From assembly GCF_964204645.1 (NCBI RefSeq), contig NC_134034.1, positions 4,047,814-4,111,813 of the forward strand: 64,000 bases of DNA, read 5' to 3'. The DNA is from Tubulanus polymorphus. Its lineage: Eukaryota; Animalia; Nemertea. Below, in pieces: positions 35,201-48,100 of the stretch. The position numbers were made by a program, and so were the translations under genes. The first letter of the stretch is position 1, and each line of letters begins with the position of its first letter. Under the pieces are notes generated by a model that saw only the letters and a list, made by a program, of their open reading frames with translations, searched no databases and was not told where the DNA came from.

Positions 35201-38200
35201 CTATCACCAGACATTACCGGGTAATCATTTTATCAGTACATAAGCCTAATCAAAAAGATCCCAGTGTTTACGCTTTATCAACAAGTGATCATCCACGCCT
35301 CACAACTGTATAATTAGTATAAATGTATGAAGGAGTCTACAGTGTAGTCTCTATGCTAATAAGATAAAAACCCACTACAGATTAAAAGAATTTAAAAACA
35401 AGAATTTATTTATTCAATCTGAAATATATAGAATACACGACGTTTCGACCTCACACCTGACGATGATCTCTAGGGTGAGATCGAAACGTCGTGTATTCTA
35501 TATATTTTAGATTGGATAAATAAATTCTTGTTTTTAAATTCTTTTAATCTGTAGATAGTGGGTTTTCATCTTATTATGCGTTCACCACGTTTAAGTGTGG
35601 TTATCTAGTCTCTATGCTCTCTGTGGCTCTGACTGTTGGCCGTGTGTGGAGGTTACTGTACATGATAAAGGAGAATTAATTGAAATGCTGAATTTGATAC
35701 TGATCGATGTGATTTTTTTCTTTCTAACAGAGAACGTCAGCCCGGTGATGGAGAGGCAAACGTCGAATTTGAAGATGACGATGACGACGAAGCTATTGAT
35801 AATCTGGAAGATGATGTCATCATCGACGGCTCGGATGATGGTAGGTTGTGCGTAGACGTTGAAAAAGAATGATTCTAGTTTTGGGACGATGACCAAGATA
35901 AACCGTAATTGAAAACTTTAGGGGTCATTCATTTTTTACGTATGCATTAGGGGAGGGGGAGGGGTCAGTGCAATTGCGTACTGTAATGCTTAATGTATAT
36001 GAAAAAATGGCCGATTATGCGTACAAAGTGGAGGGGGGTTGAAAAATTTAAATTTTATGCGTGTAAACGTAATAAATGAATGCCCCCTTATCGGGAGTCA
36101 CGAGTTTAAATTCTAGAGTCAAAGTTGAAGGTAGTTCATAGATTTGGCTCAAGAGCTGGGTCTAACTTCGAGGTTAAAACTGAGTTCAAGGTACAGTTTA
36201 GACGCTACTGTTAATACTTGATTTTTTCAAGAATCTAAACTTTAAACCGTTTCACGCTTTAAAAGTCTCGACACCAACTTTGTGGCCAACAATGGCTGCT
36301 GCGAGACAAACTTAGATACGGAACCCAGGCTATATCTTAAAGAGGTGCACGTTTGTGGTCAGGAAATCTTTCAGGACCCAGTTCCACAGTTCTGAGTTAA
36401 GATTTGACTCAGAGTTAAATCATTGGAAATGAACTAATTTTAACCCAGAGTTAACTCTAGCTCACAACTGTGGCACTGGGTCCAGAGCTCATTGCATAAT
36501 ACCATCACTAATGAAATACTGCTGCATAAACCAGTATCCGTCCTAGAATAATTTCGCAAGTGTTCTGTTCCATCTCCAAGTGAGAGAAAAAAAATCCAAA
36601 GACGGCTGTTTTCTAAATTTGATCGGTATGTTTATATTTGAAGCGTGCGCTTGTCTTAAGGCCTGCATCTGGGCGGAACTTCGTCAATGAGTAGGGGAGG
36701 GGTGTTTGTTGGAACCCCCGAACCGCGTCTAAATCCTGGCCTGAACTTAAAAATGGTTTGCGGTACTGGGCCATGCATTCGCAATTTAGGCCCGTGTTGT
36801 ATGGTGAGAAGGGGAATGAGACTTCTTGCGTTGGAAGTGCGGCAGCGAAAGCTTTGAATGCCATGTTTTTGACAAAATTGAAATAAAATTCTCCGCTCCG
36901 CAACGTAATGGAACCCGTCAAACATCAGCAATAGGCTGCGACGATCAAGTATCAAGCTTCCAACCCCTCTAAACTAAAACGCGTCGATTCAACTGGATTA
37001 GCTGTGCTCGTTATTATATCCATATGAAATATTCAATTCCGACTCCGAAATTTTCCATTGTTTCTCGCAATAGGGCCTGGTATTGATAGTATCGTGTTAG
37101 ACCGGCGAATTCACTTACGAAGACAATCGCGCAGTGCAGCGATTCCGTCTCTCGTATTGTTTTAGTGTTCGTGCTTTGTGATTATGTGTGCACGCTTTTC
37201 ATCCCTTGTATAAATACTGCGTGCGAGTTGTGAATGTTTGATAACGCTACCACTCTCCACAGTGTGGTGGTCATTAAACAGCGCTCATAAAGCAAATGCA
37301 AATACTTCGAATAAACATTTTCTATTGAATTTTCGAAGGCCTTCGACATTTACAAAACTTGTTCTCAGCCTATTGCTGCGATCTGGCCCGGGCCAAATTT
37401 GACTCTGGCCTCGTCGGTATTTCATTCTTAGTTATAGCACCTCAAATATGGAACTCTCTACCATCATCAATCCGTTCATAGACATCAGGTCTGTCATTCA
37501 GATGCAAACTTAAAACTCATTTGTTCAAAGCAGCATATGAAGTTTTATCATCAACGGCGCCTTTGAACAGGGGAAAGGGTGCTAAATAAATTGAATTATT
37601 ATTATAATTATTATCCGTACCAAATAAGAGAGCGCATTTGATACGCAAACCACTCACTCGATACTAGACAATGCTCATTATTCCGGAAGCAGATGCGATT
37701 CAAACGCAATCATTCATCCTATGCTAAGATCTGGTCCGATGTTTTTTGGTCGGGCCCAAAACGCCTAGGCCTATGTGATCGCTGCTTTTGGTGATGTGGT
37801 TTGCGGACAACTCAATTCTTGTTCAAAGTATGTAAAAATTGCTGCTATACCTTTTGAATGCAGTGCAAGGAGATGCCGAACATATTCTACTCAACAGTAT
37901 AACATGATAATATAGGCCTAATGAGCATAACAGTTATTGTACATTTTGAATTAGAAAATACAGCAAATCAACTAAGTTCAACTAAATGTTTAGAACAGCT
38001 TTAATATAGCAAAAGATAGAAAGAGTTCTGCGCACAGTTCAAAATATAGGCCTACGTATTACAGCTTAGATTTTACAAATGTTGCAGACGTTATAAATTC
38101 ATTATTTCTAGAAAATTTATTGTATCGCGCAATGAGAAGTTCATTGATGAGTTCATTGCATAATTAAGATGTTTGAATATCAAAAATATCGCAAATTAAA

Positions 38201-39141
38201 AGTTTATTTATTCTAAATTTCATTTATCCTCTACCGTTTGCAGAATGCCAGAAACCCACTAAAAATGGTGATAAATGAACAGAATTTAGAAAATATATTG
38301 CTTTGAAATGGGGATTTTTACCTAATTAGAAGAGTTTTGCCTACTTTTGCGTATTTTCCTGTCAATGGTTGTAAAAGGACGGATATAGGCCTAAAGTGCA
38401 CCGGCACTGCATGACCGCTAAACAGACTAATCTTGATCTTAAGTACTTCCTCTTTAATAACAGTTCTTTTCATGTTTAATTGAAATAGATAAGTCATAAA
38501 TACTCGTGTTGTTAAACAGTTGAACAGGCGGACGGTTGAGTGATTGTGTACTGGTCATTTGTTGTTGTTTTGGGCTCGACTCGCCATAATATGTGTCATA
38601 AAATATATGACTCGTATCTGCATGGCTGAACATGGTTGAAAAGTCTAAGCAAAGCGCTTAGACCTTGGAGTACAGATTTTTTCAAGAAAAAGTGGGATAG
38701 AGCAAAAAATAAAAATAAAATTTTATTTTTTGTTGTTGTACTGGGTAGTCATTTTAGAATGGAAGGGTACATTTATTATTATTTGTTAAATAAATATTTT
38801 CCGCATAAAACCTCGGAAGGACTGCAGAAAAAAATTGAAAATGAGTGAGAATTGTGATGAATTTTATTCAAATGATGGGAGGAATGAAAATGCTAAAAAC
38901 AGCTAAATGTGGCCCTAGTTGTGTAAGAAAGAATTTAGCTCAGACAGGAAACGGTGATCGGAAATCATAGTATTATATATTAGAAAATTCAATTTGAAAA
39001 GTTCATTTTCTCTGGAGCAGTTCAAGACTCATCTTAAGACACCTCTATTCAGACAATATTTACTTGAGGAGCGCATGTGAACTGTTTTTATAGGATACCT
39101 GCCCTATATGAGACTTATATATTATTATTATCATTATTATT

Positions 39142-39176
<35 letters not shown>

Positions 39177-42100
39177 CAGAAAATATATCTGTATTACAGA
39201 AGAGACGGACGTCTGCTCGTCGAGTTCGCCGTCCCGAACGTCGTCGGCCCGCGTTCGCTCGGCGACGCGGCGATTCGCCAATCTCACGCTGAAAGAGAAC
39301 ACGATCGCACGAGAGCGCCCGCTTACCCCGGCGCGCCGATCGGCCAGTTCGTTGTCTCGTTCGACGCCGACGACTCGCGCCGAAATACAGCCGGCTCTGT
39401 CAAAGAGTCTCTTCGTTAACGTGCCGCCGACGATTAATTTCGTGTCTGAAGGCGAACAAGGTACGTATCTACTTAACCCTTTCAGTGCATCTACACCGCA
39501 GTGCGGTGTATAAATCGGTAATGGATCTTGCTAGTACACCGCGCTGCGGTGTATTGATTTAATTAGTAATTATGTCTGTAGAAAGATGGCAGCACCTGTC
39601 AAACATAGTGAAATATTAGTAACTAATGATACACCGCACCGCGGTGTAGATGCATTGTATTGGTATTCCCGTTATTCAACACACTAGGGTTGAATTTTCC
39701 CAAATTTTCACATTTTCTCAAGTACTATAGGGTATTAATTAGTCAGCACGGAAAGGGTTAAACCTTTCCGTTTAACAGTTATTGACGACGAAACTCTACC
39801 TGATTTTTTAGTCCGCTATATTTCTCGAACTCACGGTTCAAACCTGTCTCACCGACCGTTTGAGCTCCCAGGTTACCTCCGATACCTTTGATACCGAAGA
39901 GATACCTGGGAGTTGCCGATGATACCTCCGATACCGTAGCAGGCGCGGATCCAGGATTTTTCCAGGAGGGGGTTCATATAATAATGTTAAACCGCCGACT
40001 AAAATCTCTGATAGGGGGCCTACACAGCATATTGTTTGGCCAAACATAAGATGATATTGTGCCGATTATCTGGTACTGTTCGTGCGCTTTGTCTTGAGAA
40101 CATTCCTTCAAGGTAACCATTAAAAAATTTTTTTTATAGCTGAGGAGGCGGGGGTCATGACCCCAGAAACCCCCAACCCCCTCTGGATCCGCACCTGCAT
40201 AGATACAAGAGAGACCTGTCTCACCGACCTGTGAGCTCCCAGGTTACCTATGATACTGAATAGGTTTCCTGGGATTCTAAATCTTTGATACCAGGGATAC
40301 CTGCACTCCTGATGTCGAAAATTTGTGAATCTATTTTTTTGCGGCGCCGAGTTGCGGAGATGCCATCTTGAAACTGTGTTGAACTAGACCGGCTGATAAC
40401 GCAAAACTCTTACTCGATATTTGACACTTAGTGGACAATTTGACCATTATCACTCTTACTGCAGCAACAGACAGAGTCTATTGTATTTCTCAAACTCTAA
40501 CTCGGTATTTTCGACCCAAACTTAGTGGACAATTTTACCATTCTCAACTTTACCGCTGTACGGGACAGAGTCTGCTGTATTTCTCAATCCCAAACTCGGC
40601 ATTTTATCGCAACTTGATGGAGGATTTCACCAGCTGCCAATGAACTGAGTAGACAACAGGATCTAATGTTTTTCGAAGAATTTTTTTCTTGTGATATGCC
40701 ACTAGAAAAAGAATTTGATAATTTTTCTCAATTTCAGTCGAACAGTTGCCGTGGGAGATTCGAAAGATGTTCAAATGGCGTTTGAGTCCGATTACGCCAA
40801 ACATCGTCAAGAATTTGCTCCTGAGATCGCACTTCAGATACTCGAAGAGTAAGTTCATTCAAATCATCGTTCAATGTGTAGAAATATCCAGTTGCTGTTT
40901 TAGAATTTGAATTTGGCTCTTAGGTGGTAGAATAACCACACTCAAAGCTGGAGAACAGAGTAAAGATGAAAACCCACTAGCCTATATGCTGAATTGAAAG
41001 TTTCAAAAATCGAGAATTAGTTCAATCAAAGACTGATAAAAAAACATGACATTTTGAACTCACATTATAGGCCTAGATAAAGATCATCATCTGGTGTGAC
41101 CAGTGTGATTGAATAAATTCATGATTTCTAAAACTTTTGAATCTGTATACCGATAGAGTGGGTATTTTATCTTACTGATTCTTAGGTAAAAACATCGGAA
41201 ACGAGCTAATTTCAATTTGCCAGAAAACTGGATTCAGGTCGTGATTTCTTGGTCGGTGTCTAAACATTACTGAGTCCGTCACTTCCTTTTACAGAAAGTT
41301 ACGATTGGTTAGGATGTTGGGGTAAACACATGAAAGCTCAAGGATTTCGCTCAATCAGGGAATATCAAAAGGTTAGTTTCGCGTTTGTGATGGGGATCGG
41401 GTTTAAGTAAAAAGCCATCTTTTCAATCAGATTGTCAAAGGCATCCGTTGTCATTACTAAGTGTGTTTGAAAAACATCACTTTGACAGTATTTGCATAGA
41501 TGTGAATATTCTTAAGACTGAGTAAGGTTGAAATCAGTTGTGTTTAACCCATTAGCACTCAAGTCGCCCGTATCCGCCCTGCCTATTACTCCTCAAGCCG
41601 CCCGAATCCGCCCCGGCACTTTTTTCGTATGCTGCACGAAAACGGTTATAGTAGGATTCAAACCCAATAGCTTATGATAAACTACACACCTAAGTCCTCG
41701 AAATACCAACCAGAAATCAACATCCTCCTATTTCAATTTCTCGAGTATTTCGAGTTTGAACATGACACATCTGAGCGCTCACTACAAATCCAAGTAAGTT
41801 TGGATGAATTTCGGGGGCCTAAAAGGACGCGATTTTGGTTGACCATCTCATCAAATCATACATCATATGAAAGCCTTGACTATTTACTACAAAATAAAAC
41901 TAACTTGTAATGCATAGAAATAAAACAGCAAATGAGCTAGGCCTATTTGGTATCGTGATGAACTTAGATTTTACTTTGAATTTTCTGAGGAGTAATTGAC
42001 ACTACATAGTGCAATTCCTGAGTGCTAATGGGTTAAACTAGACATTTACGCAGTATAATCAGTTCAACTGTTTACAAAATGAATCACAACATGGAGCCAC

Positions 42101-45100
42101 GTTTTAGCTTTTACGCGTATATCCAACAGGCGGGACTTGGAAACGTGAAACGTGACAATCACATGGTTCACTAGTTTTAGACATAGTTTGCCTAACTTCG
42201 GTTTTCCAAGGCTAAGTTTAGACTCAATTATTACGAATACACAACATACGCTATAATCATTATCCGAATGTACTCCTTCTATTGGTCGACTGGTTAGCGC
42301 GCTTGGTTTCTATGTATTAGAGACCCCCTTAATTGTCCTTTTTGGTGTACAGTTTTTCAGCGAAAGCAAATAATATGTAACCAGAGATAAAAAGTAAAAA
42401 GTACAACATTTTGTGATAATTATTTACAAGAAGTCCGTAAATGACCCTTGACGAGGGATTATGACTAGATTAAGCCAACTTTGGCTTCTCCTAATTCCTC
42501 GCATAATTTATTGGTACATTGTTTTCCATATATTGTGTATTCATTTGTAAACTCTGTAACAATCTTTTATGCAAATAAATCATATCATATCAGTATCGAA
42601 TCGCGATTACCAAAGTTCGACGTGGATGTTGGAAATCTCTCCTGTCTTGTACAAATGTACATCGCCTCCATTGATTACGGATTGCTGAAGTGTGAACAGT
42701 TTTTTCAGTGAACACTTGTCTTTTTACGTCTTTTCGTTTATTTTCGTAGCTTAATCATTTTCCCGGCTCATTTCAAATCGGGCGCAAAGACCGACTGTGG
42801 CGCAATCTATCGAAGATGCAGGTGCACTTCGGTAAACGCGAATTCGGATTCTTTCCAACGACGTACTGTCTACCGTACGATATGAAACTATTGAAACGCG
42901 CGTGGGAGGACGGCGGCAGTAAACAGAAATGGATTATCAAACCGGTGAGTTGGATTTGTTTTACGCGTATTGCTGTCGAGATGCCTGTAACAATGAACGC
43001 TATTGTGGCAATAGACGATTTTACTTGTGATGAGTGAGTATTCACCAGGTGTCACTAGTGTGCAGTAGGACATCGACTATTTTTGAAGTGATATAGAGGA
43101 TTTCACATGTAGCAAGTGAGGAGTAGAGGATTCCACTTGTTATGATTCACAAGGTGTCCTATGCATGCGATAGGGCATCAGTTACTGTAGAGGATTCCAC
43201 TTGTGGCTTGTGAGGGTCCACCAGGTGTGCTACAGTACAGTAGGACATCAACTACTGTGGTCGCGATATAGGATTCCGCTTGCAGCTAGACGATTACGCT
43301 TAGTCGATGAAAACTACACTGAACTTGTTGAAATCAATTTAGATTCGTGAAGCAATGATCTTAGCACATAAAGACCCACAAGTATGAAAACTCAGTAAAT
43401 CTGGCGTTCAGAGGTTTATTCAAAAAAGATCTATTTTCAAATGAATCTCAGAATCTAACTGAAACAAAAATCTTCTCTGTTAGTTAAGAAAAAATTTTGC
43501 TTATTGACCTTTAATATTGTGGGTGTTTTGTACACCCTTGTCGTCAATGATAATTGAATCATTTTAAAGTTCAGTTGTTTTTAATTGAAAAGACGACGAA
43601 ATTTATAGCATGGAACACACTGACTGACTACTAACTACACTGGTTGTTCAGCACTAGTCACAAGTTGAATTTTCCATTGCCACAGTTTGTTAGTTTGTTT
43701 AATGGGTTTAATTAGTGAATATGTTGATGTTTTTACTTATTGTAGCCTGCGTCTGCTCGTGGTATTGGCATCAAAGTCATTCATAAATGGAACCAAATAC
43801 CAAAACGACGTCCCGTAATTGTACAAAAGTATGTATATTACACTTGAAAATGGTACTCCCCTATGTCACTCGTAGCATTCCGGGGGTAATTTCACCTCAA
43901 AAGCGGTGGGGGAGGGATGTAGGTTTATGTTGAAAATTTACCTCACAAAGCGATGGAAACAAACAAAACTTTAAACGCACATCAGAGCATCGGACTTAAC
44001 TTAGCTTGGGTCGCGTTCGTACTTAAGTCAACTAAACTGTAGAGCCCCACTGCAACCGAATAATTTTGGACCGAGGAAAGAAATTGATGATCGAATTCAT
44101 GAGCTGGATTGAATATCATATTTCACATCTTTGTCTAGATCGATTTGAACTGATCCATATAAAGAGGTTTAACCGCATAATGGAACGAACAAATTTGCGG
44201 ACAATAAGTCCAAACCGGAATTCTGGAATTCAAATTCAGCTATTTCAAGCAGTAGAATGAGTCAAATTAAACCGCAATTGTGGAACTGGATCCAGTGTCT
44301 TAATATGAACTAATTTATGAAAATCTGGGCCCATTTCTTCAGTTGTCGTTTGACTCTGAACTCGTGCATGTGAAATTAGTAAATTTCTTATGTAATGTTA
44401 ACCGCACCGTGTTGTTGGTATTTTTGTAGGTATTTATCGCGCCCGTTTTTGATCAACGATCACAAGTTCGATTTACGGATTTACGTTTACGTGACGAACT
44501 ACGATCCGCTGAGAATTTACGTGTTCGAAGACGGACTCGTCAGATTCGCTTCTCAGAAGTAAGTATTTCATTCGAAAGAAATCAAGCTGCATCTTCGCGC
44601 CACCAGCAAGTACGCGGTTATGGTTACCAAATTGATTTCAACGATCTGCTCAAGTCCCGGTGCGCCAGCTTAAGCCCAACGCACATGTTTTTTGTTATGC
44701 CGTGTGCGGGGGAGGCAAAACACAAAACGCCGAACTGAAAACAAGCAATGCTTGATTTACGAAAAACGTTTTATGTAGTCGAAAACGTTTTTCGTCCCGT
44801 GTGCGTTGAACGTTTTATCGTTTGCGGGCAATTGTGAATTTTGTGAAAAACGTGTTTTCTGTTTCGGCAAAACAAATGTTTTGCCGTGTGCGTTGGGCTT
44901 TATTGTCTTGCCTCGTCAACCATGTGTCCAACATTTTTTTCTGAACCGAGCGTCTCCACGTGAAAAGGTTCGATTTTAGCAGGGGTGGATCGAGGGGCAG
45001 GCTTTGAAAGGAGCACAAGGAAATGAAAAGGAATACATGCTGAGAAAGTCCACAACCACCAAAATGGGTCTGGGAATTTTTTTTCGAAATGTCAGTGCAT

Positions 45101-48100
45101 TTTCATGCAATTTCTAGGTACTTAAGGGATATTAACACGTTTGCTGCCACCTAGAGGTTTAATGTCCGGTCGCCATTGCCAACGGGAATTTTTGACATTA
45201 TCCAATTTATATGCTGCCAGCACTATTTGTACATTGATATATAAATACACTGATCTATTTTAGTGTAAAAAACCAATGACGCGATAACTCGTCACTGGCA
45301 CTGGTGAATAGATTCTCAATTTTTCTTGTCCCCATTGTCAGTGAAAAGTGTGAAAAATCAAATAAAAATCTAAAAGAATATAGGTTTTATTGTTTTATTG
45401 TTAAAATGATATAGAATGATTTTAGTAGTTATATTCTCTCTAAATATTGGCCGGAAAAGAAGCTAAAATTCATTGCTTTCTGAAGATTTTTTTTGAGTAA
45501 ATTTCAATTGTGCACCAGACTTGAGTTACCCCGATAAACAATATCTTAGTCTCTCCATACTGCCAGACAATTGTTATCTGGTTTCTCGCCTCTGCCAGGT
45601 CATTCATAACGCTATAAAATGACATTGAATCGATGACGATATAACTCGTCATGGCAAACTGAGGTGCACCCACCATGACGATTTATATCGGCAGCGAACG
45701 TGTTAAGGTAGGGACACACGAGCGTATTCTTTTGCCCGATCGCGACGATTAAATTCCCCGACGAATTTGTACGCCCGATACGAGCGGGCACACGTAGCGA
45801 TTCAACCAAAATTCGGTCAGCGACTGGCACTTAGTGGGAGAGAGTTAACGAATCACATGATATCAACAATGCATCCTATTGGTTGATAGAAATGGATTCG
45901 CTGAGTGCGGGCAGACGAGCGAATTTGCGGGCGATCCGATCGCCGGCGTAAATAATCGGCCCAAAATATTAAACATGTTCGATACGGGCGATTCGAGTTT
46001 GCTTGAAATTCTGTTGCGTTGAGATTGTCCGAGAATATCGCAATCATGGCATTTAAACCCATTTATTCCTCTGTTGTGGATTTTGTATTTAGAATATCCA
46101 TCATTGTGTCAAATATAGATTGTTATATTATGCATACTGCTTAGGGCCTATATTTACATCATATGCCCAGCGGGCTGGGTGTAGAAATTTTTCTATTCGA
46201 AATAATTGCTAATCAATATTGTCACGACACGAGTCACATTATTGAAGAATGTAGAATTGTATATCATAGAATTCTATCTATCTATCTATACTGAGGAGCA
46301 TTGGAAGCAATTCTTAATTGCTGTGGCCAAATGCCGATTTTGGACAGGTTCTACATATTGCTGCGGCGAATTTACTTAACTTTTTTCAAAAAGATGGTAT
46401 TCAAAGAAAAAAACGTCATTCAGTAGACTATTGACGCGGCTATCGCCGCTGCAGTCGCACTTCCAACGCCACTGATACTATCATTGATATTGTACTATGA
46501 AAATATGATCTATTCGTTCATCATGGAAACATTATGTTTCTGGTTAACTCATTAGCACACAGGAATTTCTCTAGGTATGTAGTGTCAATTACTCCTTAGA
46601 AAAGTTCATCAAGAAACCAAATAGCTCATTTTGATGTTTATTTCCATGCATTACAAGTTTGTGTTATTTTGTTCTAAATAGTCGAGGCTTTCATATGATA
46701 TAAGATTTGATGAGGTGGGCCACCAAAATCGTGTCCTTTTTGTCCCTCAAAATTCATCCAAAGATTCTTGGATTAGAAGTGAGTGCTCAGATCTGTCATA
46801 GTCCAAATACTGGAGAATAGGAGGATGTTGATTTCTGTACAGTATTCTGAGGACTTGGGTGTCTCGTTTATCATTAACTGTTGGGTTCAAATCCCACTAT
46901 AACCGTTTTCATGCAGCATAGGAAAAATGTGAGGCAGATTCGGGCAGCTTGAGTAGTAGTAGGCAGGGCGGATACGGGCGCCTTGAGTGCAAATATGGGT
47001 TAAAGTTATCGTTTTTCATTCAAATTTCAGATATTCGAGTTCGATGAAAAGTTTGAACAACAAATTCATGCATTTGACGAACTACAGCATCAACAAACGC
47101 AACAACGAATACCAGTCGAACACAGATGAGAACGCGTGTCAAGGTCACAAGTGGGGACTAAAAGCGCTGTGGGGTTATCTGAAAAAACAGGGCCACAATG
47201 TGCAAACGATCTGGAACAATATGAACGATCTGATAATCAAAACAATTCTCTGGTAAGAGAAAATGTTTTATGATATTGATGAAATTAGCCATTTTGTTAC
47301 CGACTCTCAATCATTGCAACTTCGCAACAGTGGATTACTAAGGGCAAACCCTTCAGTCAGTTTCTATCTTCAGTTTGAAACTCTAATCCTAACACTTTCG
47401 GACCAAGTTCAACAGTTGTGTGAATTGAATTTGGTTCTGGATTCATTTCCGCATTTGTGTCAGTTTGATTGTACCTCCTGCAACAAAGTGGTCACTGGAG
47501 TCGGATAAAGTGATACGAACGCTTAATCAAAATTTGAAATTTTCCCCTTGAAAACTCCATAAAACGAGTCCTTCAATTTTTGAATGATTGATCTGTAGGG
47601 AACCTGTAAATAAACGTGATAATTCATTTAATTTCAGCGCAGAACCCGCGATAAACAGCGTTATCAAGTCGAATGTACGCAGGCGTTATAGTTGTCACGA
47701 ACTGTTCGGGTTCGACATCATGTTGGACGAAACGCTGAAACCTTGGATCATCGAAGTTAACATTTCACCGAGGTGAGTCTCCTGTCGACTTGACCCTTTA
47801 CGCAAAATTGCAGCGTTTCTGTAAACTCGTTCTTAAGTCGTTGAAGTCCCGACAGACAATCATGGCGAACTACGATTATCGGAGTTAGTTGACTATAGTC
47901 GAACTAAATAAACCAAATGTCAGTCAGTCGGACCTATAGTCCGGAAATGGTCGACCACGCGATTGAGCGCGGTCGCTGTCGTTCAGACCTAGGTTCAAGA
48001 TTGCCGACACTGCGAAATGCGTTCGACCGAATTATAGTGCGTTCGGTTTTTAGTTCCGACGGCTGGTCAACTAGCGAAGAAAACCCAAGTTCGCCCATTG

